Origin: a virus | Virus record (IMG/VR): IMGVR_UViG_3300032307_000622 | Span: 1 to 64,000 of that record | Reading direction: 5' to 3' (one strand) | DNA length: 64,000 nucleotides | Shown: positions 37,374 through 44,977 of the stretch, piece by piece | How the letters are laid out: the number at the start of each line of letters is the position of its first letter | Numbering within the stretch: the first letter of the stretch is position 1 | Translations under genes and position numbers: made by a program | Notes under the pieces: generated by a model | Databases searched by the model: none | What the model saw: only the letters and a program-made list of their open reading frames with translations | What the model was told of the DNA's origin: nothing

Positions 37374-37520
37374 TTACTTTACAGTAGTCCAGCGAGGCTG
37401 TCCGTTTACATCAAGGCGAACACGAGCAGAGCCACTAGGGTTCTTTACGATTTCCTTGATAGTTCCAACGACACCAGACTTAGCGGTGGTGAACTGTGAG
37501 CCAACAGTTAGATTTACCAT
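37374..37520 (-). CDS. small beta-rich protein (48 aa)
   Basis: MVNLTVGSQFTTAKSGVVGTIKEIVKNPSGSARVRLDVNGQPRWTTVK; AAAGGAA SD; own promoter and pseudoknot. Confidence 0.7.
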   Translation of the reverse strand: MVNLTVGSQFTTAKSGVVGTIKEIVKNPSGSARVRLDVNGQPRWTTVK

Positions 37521-37725
37521 TTTGCTTCCTTTTCCGCCCCAGAGGGACTGTTTTGATTTATTACCAACCTTTGTTGATAGGTCTATTGTAGCCTAACCCT
37601 CCGACATTATCAAGCATTGTTTTATAACATTTCTGGGGAAAATTGTTATACTTCGTAACTTGACAAAATGTTGATCTTGGGGCGACACAAAACCCCCAGG
37701 ATGTCAAGTCCCAGGGGTAGTGTGT

Positions 37726-38274
37726 TTAGACTGCTTGTTCTTCTTTGAGGTACGAGTATACTCCGCACTTTGCTCTCTCACAATAGTCCTCATTAGTTAT
37801 CTCACGGACCTCTTGGAAAGTCAGAGTCAAAGTATTGTCTCCGTAGGTTGTAGCAAAGGTTTGGTTATCAAGATTTATGATGTAGATACCCTCACAGAAT
37901 AAATCATCATTCTTGAACTCTGGGTCTAGCACTAGCGGCACAGGGTCAGTAGCGTTGACAATTACCTCAAGAATACCAGCACCAGTATCTCTAGTTAGGC
38001 TAGGATAGTCCTTACTAAACCTCTCGCCATCTTCCAGACTTCCCATACCATCTTCTCTAAAGTAGTTGGCATAGATTTTCTTTAGCTCCTCATCACTTGC
38101 CTGATAGGTCAGGTGTAGGTCAAAGTTTTTCTCTAGCTTTTCGATGTTCGTTGGCTTAGACAAAAAGTTTACAATAGTGATACCCTGCCCACTTGGATAG
38201 TGGTCCCATTGACCATACTGGGCTACTACTGTCTTTCCGTTGTAAATTACCTCTGTAATTCCTCTAGTTCCCAT
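37726..38274 (-). CDS. hypothetical protein (MGTR...AQYGQWDHYPSGQG family)
   Basis: Start at MGTRG after AGAAAGTAGG. Confidence 0.7.
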   Translation of the reverse strand: MGTRGITEVIYNGKTVVAQYGQWDHYPSGQGITIVNFLSKPTNIEKLEKNFDLHLTYQASDEELKKIYANYFREDGMGSLEDGERFSKDYPSLTRDTGAGILEVIVNATDPVPLVLDPEFKNDDLFCEGIYIINLDNQTFATTYGDNTLTLTFQEVREITNEDYCERAKCGVYSYLKEEQAV

Positions 38275-38379
38275 TTTCCTACTTTCTTTTGTTGGTGAGA
38301 TTATTATACATTGGGGGTCAGACATTTAGGTTCTTAATTCGTAACTGTTATAAAGCTGTGATCTGGGCCGCCCTAAAGG

Positions 38380-38444
38380 TGGCCAGTTTTTCGTCATGGC
38401 CAGGACGTGGTCCACATGTTAGAAAGGATAAGAAGTGTGGACCA
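38380..38444 (-). ncRNA. anti-SD hairpin plus pseudoknot copy 6
   Basis: TGGTCCACA-[CTTCTTATCCTTTCTAACA]-TGTGGACCA, then CGTC-CT-GGCCA-T-GACG-AA-AAAC-TGGCCA. Confidence 0.6.
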
Positions 38445-38463
38445 TCTTGCCCCTATGCAAGAT

Positions 38464-38535
38464 CTATTTTCTGGAATATACAAATATGAGACATGCTATT
38501 CCTAGGAAGTACAGAGCCCAGTGATACAGCTCCAT
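38464..38535 (-). CDS. 23-aa hydrophobic peptide
   Basis: MELYHWALYFLGIACLIFVYSRK, coupled (TAATG) to the upstream stop. Confidence 0.4.
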   Translation of the reverse strand: MELYHWALYFLGIACLIFVYSRK

Positions 38536-39254
38536 TACTTTTTACTCGCACTAAACAATATGTCATTGCGAGCAAATACGCATTGTCCGCAGGTAACGCA
38601 GGCGGAACCCTTGTCGCTAATTAGCGGAAGTTTCTTAGCATTCTCAGGGCACGGTATTGCAGACTTGACGGTGATAGACAACATCCGCTCTTTACCGCTA
38701 GCAAAATTGTTAGCAAGATATGCAAGCTTTACGCCACTATCTTTCTTTAGCTTTTCTGCCAGCTGCCAGTTGTCATCATCAGTTGAGAAGTATAGTGCAA
38801 GGTTGTCAACATCGCTAAGAATTGGAACAGCAAAATCTGACCTCGTGTATACCCAGAATTGAATTTGGGGGAATGCCTTGATTACATTCTTCCAGGCCTT
38901 AGTATAGTCTTCACTAAAGAAGTCACCATCCCAGTGAATTCGAAACAGCTTTTCTGCATTACGCTTGTCACAATCTTTCTCAAACTCTTGAATCATTTGA
39001 TAAATTAGAATTTCCATTTCCAATTCATCTGCATTACGTAGCAGGTCCCAATTGTTTATGAGAACAGCTTTTACGCCCTTGTAGACTTTTTCGAGCTTGC
39101 CTGCATAACAGACTTTCTCGCATACACTTGTTGCTCCAGGGCAGGAATAAGCTTTCCCTGAAGGAAGGCCAAAAGTGTTCGCAATAGTTGGCGTTTTACC
39201 ATTTGGAGAGACTGCATTAGTTACCTTTCGGTCTTTAGAACGGATTAGGGGCAT
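38535..39254 (-). CDS. Gp88-like Cys-rich (radical-SAM-related) phage protein
   Basis: CPGATSVCEKVCYA, FRIHWDGDFF, FWVYTR, CPEN, CVTCGQC motifs. Confidence 0.7.
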   Translation of the reverse strand: MPLIRSKDRKVTNAVSPNGKTPTIANTFGLPSGKAYSCPGATSVCEKVCYAGKLEKVYKGVKAVLINNWDLLRNADELEMEILIYQMIQEFEKDCDKRNAEKLFRIHWDGDFFSEDYTKAWKNVIKAFPQIQFWVYTRSDFAVPILSDVDNLALYFSTDDDNWQLAEKLKKDSGVKLAYLANNFASGKERMLSITVKSAIPCPENAKKLPLISDKGSACVTCGQCVFARNDILFSASKK

Positions 39255-39299
39255 TAGGGGTCCTTTCAACAGTTATACTATAGCAGGGGGTACCGACAT

Positions 39300-39584
39300 C
39301 TATAGCTCTTCGTAGTATACCCAACCATCTAAGTGGTGAGCCTCTATGATAGCGTGAACAGGGGCAGCGGTAAGTCCTCTATAGCCAATACCCTCAGGAA
39401 GTCCAACTAACTTATCAAACTCACCCTCATTAGCTAAGTCAATAGCCTGAATACAAACAGGTACCATAGACTTAGGTACAGGGGGGAAGTGATTAGAAGT
39501 TAGGTGCCACTCAATAGCTTGCTCTAGTGTAATTGAACCAATCTCAGCTAGCTCTCTAAATTCTGTTGCGTGTAGTGAACCCAT
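39300..39584 (-). CDS. hypothetical protein
   Basis: WHLTSNHFPPVP...IIEAHHL; start MGSLHA is coupled to the upstream stop. Confidence 0.7.
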   Translation of the reverse strand: MGSLHATEFRELAEIGSITLEQAIEWHLTSNHFPPVPKSMVPVCIQAIDLANEGEFDKLVGLPEGIGYRGLTAAPVHAIIEAHHLDGWVYYEEL

Positions 39585-39745
39585 TACTCTACCTCTTCCG
39601 CTTCGGCAACATACCATTCACCCTCATCACCATCATTGATAAGGTTAGACTTACTTAGATACTTGTTAGCCTTTTCATAGGCCTCTTCTTCATTTTTAGC
39701 ATTGACAATAATGAATCCGTCATAAGCAACAGAATACTTTCCCAT
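39584..39745 (-). CDS. small acidic protein, VEAxxExEA family
   Basis: MGKYSVAYDGFIIVNAKNEEEAYEKA... Confidence 0.6.
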   Translation of the reverse strand: MGKYSVAYDGFIIVNAKNEEEAYEKANKYLSKSNLINDGDEGEWYVAEAEEVE

Positions 39746-39865
39746 TACTTTACCTTTCTTGTTGAGGGGTGTTGAACTCTAATAGCATAGCACCTACCAC
39801 AGACATTGTCAAGCAGGTGGCCGTACAAGTTTTCTGGTCTAATTAGTCTTTGGCAGTCTGTACAG

Positions 39866-40018
39866 TTATAGGTTTTCTTTGATAGCATTTCGTCTATTTT
39901 CACTTCTTGTGCCTTTCTTTGGCTTAGGGGTTATTACAGTGTGCTTAGACTTTAGCATAGAGTGAAACAACGCTTGACTCTCAGCCTTGCGTCTTGCTTC
40001 ATTTCTTTTTCCTAACAT
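39866..40018 (-). CDS. small basic protein (50 aa)
   Basis: MLGKRNEARRKAESQALFHS...KKGTRS; leaderless, TAAGAT 6 nt upstream. Confidence 0.55.
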   Translation of the reverse strand: MLGKRNEARRKAESQALFHSMLKSKHTVITPKPKKGTRSENRRNAIKENL

Positions 40019-40385
40019 ACTAAAATCTTAGCATAACCCTCTGACATTTTGGGAAAATTCCTGGGGCATTTTTAATAGACTACGTAAAGTTATTTCTAGA
40101 TCAGAATTGGGGCGGCACAACCAACGGACATTGTCAAGTGCGACACGCCGTAGTTGTGAAAGTTTTAGAACGGTGGTTGGTTTTTGCGGTATCCAATTCC
40201 GTGAGCAATCACATACACAACCGCAATTAGAATTAGGTCAATCATTAGGTTGAATCCGTTGTAAAAAATCATTTAGTTTTCCTCTCTTGTTGTGAATAGG
40301 CTACCAACACCCTCAGACATTTTATCTTCTGAGAGCATTAGGTCAATTTGGAAAATTAGGGTTTCTAGTTCTTCTACTGATAGGC

Positions 40386-40556
40386 TCACTTGTCCCCCTC
40401 CCACTCTAGGATTAGTTCTGCGATACGCTTGGCATCTTCTAGTGGCACATTAGGCATTAGGTATCCAACCATTCTCGCATAAGGGTATTGAGCCTTAGTC
40501 TTTAGAACTGCTAGGGCTGAGTCTAGTAGTTCGTGTGATTCTCTGTTGTAAGCCAT
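40386..40556 (-). CDS. hypothetical protein (56 aa)
   Basis: MAYNRESHELLDSAL...; AGAAAGGAA SD; own promoter. Confidence 0.55.
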   Translation of the reverse strand: MAYNRESHELLDSALAVLKTKAQYPYARMVGYLMPNVPLEDAKRIAELILEWEGDK

Positions 40557-40606
40557 TTATTTTCCTTTCTTCTGATACTTAGAATCTAGCATAGGGGTAT
40601 GACATT

Positions 40607-40756
40607 TTAGACTAGTTCCAGATACTCTTCTGGAAAATCTTCGCCAAGATAACTCCTGGCATCATCTAGGGGCATTAGTCCCTTGTAGTCATTACACTCG
40701 TGGCAAACATAGTCATTGACTAGGTTCATACAAAACACACAAATTGTTTCAGTCAT
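40607..40756 (-). CDS. small zinc-finger protein
   Basis: CVFC...CHECNDYKG. Confidence 0.6.
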   Translation of the reverse strand: MTETICVFCMNLVNDYVCHECNDYKGLMPLDDARSYLGEDFPEEYLELV

Positions 40757-40760
40757 TTAT

Positions 40761-40946
40761 TTAGTTTCCTTTCGTTGATAGTTCTAACTTAGCATAACCC
40801 TCAGACATTTTCTTGGGCAACACGCTGTAGTGATAGGGCAGGTGGTTTGCGTCCCACTGCTTGCGGTCTAGGTAGTAGCTAGTGCTTGTTTCTTGGACAT
40901 AGCCACAGCCTTTACATTCAGTTTTACGCCACATTCTTCTACTCAT
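40761..40946 (-). CDS. hypothetical protein
   Basis: CKGCG...H...H; own promoter. Confidence 0.55.
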   Translation of the reverse strand: MSRRMWRKTECKGCGYVQETSTSYYLDRKQWDANHLPYHYSVLPKKMSEGYAKLELSTKGN

Positions 40947-41150
40947 TTATTCCTTCTTTCTAACTACTAAAAACCTATCACGACCCTACGACATTTTGGG
41001 GACATTTAGGGGTGTGTCGTGATACTTGTTATCATTTTGTTATAATTCTGGGGGGTCTAGATCTAGTGTCTTAAATTGATCTGGGTACTAAATGTGGGCG
41101 GCACACAAAAGCGGATCTGTCAAGCAGACACGCCGTAGATTTAGAATTTT

Positions 41151-41261
41151 CTAGTGAATCTCACCATACTCATTCCAGCATGACTCACAGCCATACTCAT
41201 CTTCTTCTACTACGAAGACTTTCTCTACTACTACATCGCATAATTCACAAACTGAAAACAT
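41151..41261 (-). CDS. small CxxC protein
   Basis: MFSVCELC...CESCW; AGAAAGGAT SD. Confidence 0.5.
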   Translation of the reverse strand: MFSVCELCDVVVEKVFVVEEDEYGCESCWNEYGEIH

Positions 41262-41371
41262 TTGTTATCCTTTCTTTTATTTATCTTTATTTATCTTTAT
41301 ACTTATACTCTACTCCCTATTGTCCCTTTGTCAAGTTGACACGCCGTTATTTTTATAACTTTTTGGTAACA

Positions 41372-41488
41372 CTACCTGCTAGTGCTTTCGCAGTAGAGGC
41401 ATCCACCATTTACAGTTTCTGGAACTGTTGAGTGGAAGTCACAGACATAAGGCCTGCCTGTGGTTTCTATCTTTTGAATCTTTATCAT
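41372..41488 (-). CDS. small CxxH/CxxC protein
   Basis: ...VCDFH...GCLYCE; AGAAAGGAT SD. Confidence 0.5.
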   Translation of the reverse strand: MIKIQKIETTGRPYVCDFHSTVPETVNGGCLYCESTSR

Positions 41489-41630
41489 TTTTTATCCTTT
41501 CTTTATACTATTACTCTATAAAGGGGGTCTGACATTTTGGGGGATTTTTAGGGGTGTTTTATAGAATGTTACTATTTTGTTATAAACGTCGCCACCTTTC
41601 GGTGGGAATGTCAAATCGACACGCCGTGTT

Positions 41631-41804
41631 TTAGAAATTTTCTTTGTATAGCAAGTGAGTGATCACAGCAAACAAAGAAGCTACAACAACAAAGCCAGTG
41701 CCCAAGACCAGGCCATACATTATGAATCCATTGAGTGGAAAAAACCACATTGAAAAAATTGCGGTAAGTATTGAAGCAATTGTTAGAGTTAGGGTTGTTC
41801 TCAT
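41631..41804 (-). CDS. small membrane protein
   Basis: MRTTLTLTIASILTAIFSMWFF...; two TM segments. Confidence 0.55.
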   Translation of the reverse strand: MRTTLTLTIASILTAIFSMWFFPLNGFIMYGLVLGTGFVVVASLFAVITHLLYKENF

Positions 41805-41895
41805 TAGTTATCCTTTGCTAGTTCTGTTTCTAATACTACAATAGAGGCAATAGCCTTGTCAAATTCTTCCCAAGTGTCAAAAGTTAGAGTTATCA

Positions 41896-42087
41896 TTACC
41901 AAGCCCTTCTAGTTCCAAGTGCCTTAGCAACCTTGATTAGTCCGTTGATTTCGTTGATTAGTTCCCAACTAGGGTCATCAGAGATAGACATTAGCAAGTC
42001 AATCTCATCTTCTACAGCCTGTAGATTTAGGAGATTTACCTTAGCGTATCTAGTTAGGCTATCTGTTGGGGTTGTGTATCTTTTCAT
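41896..42087 (-). CDS. hypothetical protein
   Basis: AGAAAGGAT SD; own promoter. Confidence 0.6.
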   Translation of the reverse strand: MKRYTTPTDSLTRYAKVNLLNLQAVEDEIDLLMSISDDPSWELINEINGLIKVAKALGTRRAW

Positions 42088-42131
42088 TGTTTATCCTTTC
42101 TATCTAGATACTAGCATAAACCACCGACATT

Positions 42132-42260
42132 TTAGTCAGTGATTTTCACAATCTCAAAACCCATTTTCTTTAGGTTCTGAACCTGTGTTTCTAGAGTGTT
42201 TGGCATAGCACCAAACCAAATCATTGAGGAACCAACTTTGTTTACAAAAATCTTTTTCAT
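42132..42260 (-). CDS. hypothetical protein (42 aa)
   Basis: MKKIFVNKVGSSMIWFGAMP...; AGAAAGGAT SD. Confidence 0.5.
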   Translation of the reverse strand: MKKIFVNKVGSSMIWFGAMPNTLETQVQNLKKMGFEIVKITD

Positions 42261-42513
42261 TTTGTATCCTTTCTATTTATCTAATTTATCTTTATATATA
42301 TATCTAAACATACTATTAGTGAAAAGTCAAGTATCAAAACATACAAACTTTAGCGTGTCGTTTTGTAGGGTTCAAACAAAAGTTATTAACAGAGTTATTA
42401 ACAGGTGGCACTAGTGTGTGCTCACTAAGTTTTTTGTTGTGTTTGTTGTAAAATCTGCATCATACATCTCTACAAAATATTCAGATTTTGCAAAATATAA
42501 AATTTTTCAGATT

Positions 42514-43149
42514 TTACACTGTGGTGGGGTATTTTTTAAAATACTTCTCTAGCTCTGCATCTTGCAGGATTTGCATATTTTGGTAATGAGAAGGTAGCAG
42601 GTATTCTGATCCATCTATTGACATCTGACAAACCAGGATGTCTAAATAATCATTTTCAGAAAAATTGGTTGGTGGTCTCCAATGCATTTGGTGAGATCCA
42701 GAAAAGACTAAAGCTTCATTAGATGCGAGGGTATCACATGTATCATATGCACATAGCTCCCAATCCAAAGTACTATCCAATTGAATAGATAAAGTAATAG
42801 ATGGCTTCTTTAGCTGATTGTCGCTATGTGGTCTTAGCTCTGGCTGATGTCCAGTTTTAGTTGTATATCTAGCAAAATGTACTTGTGCGGTCTTAAGAGA
42901 TAGTCCTGTAACATCTTCTGTAAAATCTCTTATTGTTAAAAGAAAGTTATTGTCAAAACCTTTAATATATGCAAAATATCCTAGCTCTGGAACATTTAGA
43001 TATTCTAGACCTTCTCTATTATCTGGCGGTAGATCAGGAGCTAGCTCCTCTGGGAAAGCATTCTTGACGCATTCATACACATAGGCATAATCCTCCTGAG
43101 ATAAAACATCCTTGACAACAAAAGGCTTAAATTCTGTTAAGTTCGTCAT
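42514..43149 (-). CDS. 2OG-Fe(II) oxygenase-like protein
   Basis: ARY, LRPHSD, LDSTLDW, FSGSHQMHWR motifs. Confidence 0.7.
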   Translation of the reverse strand: MTNLTEFKPFVVKDVLSQEDYAYVYECVKNAFPEELAPDLPPDNREGLEYLNVPELGYFAYIKGFDNNFLLTIRDFTEDVTGLSLKTAQVHFARYTTKTGHQPELRPHSDNQLKKPSITLSIQLDSTLDWELCAYDTCDTLASNEALVFSGSHQMHWRPPTNFSENDYLDILVCQMSIDGSEYLLPSHYQNMQILQDAELEKYFKKYPTTV

Positions 43150-43765
43150 TTAGGCTTCTTTCCAGTAAGTGCTTATACTTCTCGATAAACTGTCCTGATA
43201 TCTTATCCATTTCGTCAAAGTAGCTATCCTCCAAGACGGTATCATCGTCATCTTCAATATATGTCTGCAAGATAATCACATCAAAGTAATCATCGTCTTT
43301 AAATTCTATGTCTGGTCTCCAGTGTACATCCTTAGATCCAGAGAAAAGCAATATCTGGTTCTTTTCTAGATTATATTTCTCGTCGTTCACATAGATATCC
43401 CAATCTAGTGTTGTATCTAGTTCTATAGTAGCTGTTAGGGATGGTCTCTTTACCGCCCTATCTACGTGCGGTCTTAAACGTGGACGATATCCAGAATCTC
43501 TTGTGTACCGTGCAAATAGGACACCTGGCAAAGCTACTGTGGCATGGAGGATATCTTCAAGCTTTTCTCTAATTGTTTCAACGACATCATCCTTAACTAC
43601 GTCAAAGTAAATAATAAAGCCGTTGTTGTCGATAACAGCAAAACCATCGTCATACTTGCCAAGATCATTTTTTAAGTTGTTTTCGATCTTTTCATGTACG
43701 GCCTCATATACCAAATCATAATGTTCTTTAGTTAAAAAATCTGAGGCTACAATAGTTTTTTCCAT
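43127..43765 (-). CDS. 2OG-Fe(II) oxygenase-like protein (tandem paralog)
   Basis: ARY, LRPHVD, LDTTLDW, FSGS...HWR; leaderless start at MEKT. Confidence 0.7.
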   Translation of the reverse strand: MEKTIVASDFLTKEHYDLVYEAVHEKIENNLKNDLGKYDDGFAVIDNNGFIIYFDVVKDDVVETIREKLEDILHATVALPGVLFARYTRDSGYRPRLRPHVDRAVKRPSLTATIELDTTLDWDIYVNDEKYNLEKNQILLFSGSKDVHWRPDIEFKDDDYFDVIILQTYIEDDDDTVLEDSYFDEMDKISGQFIEKYKHLLERSLNDELNRI

Positions 43766-43838
43766 AGATATATGATACACTATAGTTATGTGTAATGGCA
43801 ATTGTACTTGTGGCAAAGAGCAGCCACAGCCAAAGTAA

Positions 43839-44048
43839 TTATCGGATTATAGTATATTCTTTTAGCAGGTCGTAAAGCTCTCCGTTTACACGGTTTAGCT
43901 CAGGCTGCATCTCTTCTATTGCCTTGTCGATCTTTTCAGCCGAACCACCAATATTCAGCATTGCTTCACGATTCATCTTGTTAATGTAATCTGTCATTAA
44001 CGCTACAACTTCATCTCTAAACATTTCTACCATTTCTCCAAAGGGCAT
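43839..44048 (-). CDS. hypothetical protein
   Basis: Helical ORF; start uncertain. Confidence 0.55.
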   Translation of the reverse strand: MPFGEMVEMFRDEVVALMTDYINKMNREAMLNIGGSAEKIDKAIEEMQPELNRVNGELYDLLKEYTIIR

Positions 44049-44224
44049 TTAGCCTGTCTTAAAGTGGATTTCAATTTCATAAAACATCCACACTTTTTGC
44101 ATTTCGTAAGACGCTTGTCCAGCCATGGACATTGGTTACAAATTGCAAGTCTCTGTTCGATAAGTTCTCTATCGCTCCTAGGTTGGCTAGGATCAAATAG
44201 ATCAAAAAACTTCACATCGCCCAT
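44027..44224 (-). CDS. small Cys-rich protein (DUF6171-like)
   Basis: RLAICNQCP...CKKCGCFM..K..L..A.CPL.KW. Confidence 0.75.
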   Translation of the reverse strand: MGDVKFFDLFDPSQPRSDRELIEQRLAICNQCPWLDKRLTKCKKCGCFMKLKSTLRQAKCPLEKW

Positions 44225-44299
44225 CTATAAATGATACCACACATAGGCTACATGTTGCATATATGTTTATGCATATTGGGTAGATAGGGTGTATGGGAT

Positions 44300-44355
44300 C
44301 TCTTATTCCGCCGAGCTACATCCGCCGAATTTAATTTCTATTTTTACGCCGAACT
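44300..44355. repeat. right arm of the imperfect inverted repeat; three CGCCGA units
   Basis: CCGCCGAG, CCGCCGAA and ACGCCGAACT; inverse of 29382-29412. Confidence 0.55.
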
Positions 44356-44381
44356 AAAAAATCAGTTATAATTGTTATATT

Positions 44382-44699
44382 ATGACCCCCATCGAAATAA
44401 CTAACATGATACTGGGAATTGTAATTTCCGTAGGAACCATAATCTCAATTGCCGCCCTGGGAATCAGATGGCTAGTCAAGCATTATTTTGATGAAATTAA
44501 AGCAGAGCTAAAACCTAATAGTGGATCAAGTATAAAAGATCAGGTTACTAGACTAGAAAAACAAATGGTAGAGTCTCAGGAACAGCGAAAAGAAGCTAAC
44601 AAAAAAATAGATCACATGTACGATCTGCTTATTGAATATATCGCAAAAAGCTCAGAGCCAAAAAACTCAGCAAGAAAAACTACAAAAAAATCAAGCTAA
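44382..44699 (+). CDS. membrane protein with coiled coil (holin/lysis accessory-like)
   Basis: TM segment followed by ELKPNSGSSIKDQVTRLE. Confidence 0.65.
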   Translation: MTPIEITNMILGIVISVGTIISIAALGIRWLVKHYFDEIKAELKPNSGSSIKDQVTRLEKQMVESQEQRKEANKKIDHMYDLLIEYIAKSSEPKNSARKTTKKSS

Positions 44700-44897
44700 A
44701 AGCCGATTATTATATTATAATATAAAAACTAAATCGTAAATTTAATATTTAAGATATCTTATATATAGATATATATTATACTCGAATATCAGCTTTGTCA
44801 AGTCATTTTTTGATAACAATTGTGTAAATTTTTTGTTACATTTTGATAAACTGTGAAAACATACATATAATAAGAAACTTTATGTTATAATTTATAC

Positions 44898-44946
44898 AAC
44901 TAGTGTTCAGGGAAGTCTCTCATACCCACGTCCTTGAACACTAGTT
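44898..44946 (+). ncRNA. stand-alone hairpin RNA or terminator
   Basis: TGTTATAAT at 44883; 16-bp stem AACTAGTGTTCAGGGA/TCCTTGAACACTAGTT; 17-nt loop; T-rich tail. Confidence 0.5.
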
Positions 44947-44977
44947 TTATTATTTTTACTGGTATAATTAGAGTATT

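Larger units (their letters stand above)
34825..42130 (-). promoter_or_regulatory. family of 15 minus-strand promoters with an ATGTC spacer motif
   Basis: GACAT on + strand at 34843, 35445, 36647, 37315, 37603, 38321, 39295, 39802, 40043, 40316, 40601, 40804, 40990, 41531 and 42126, each a similar distance from a TAnnnT -10 box. Confidence 0.75.

Noticed and set aside
29400-44300. CRISPR array or integron interpretation of the repeated intergenic motifs
   Set aside because: The repeats are short, degenerate and separated by whole genes. No constant spacer length, cas gene or integrase is seen in the window.
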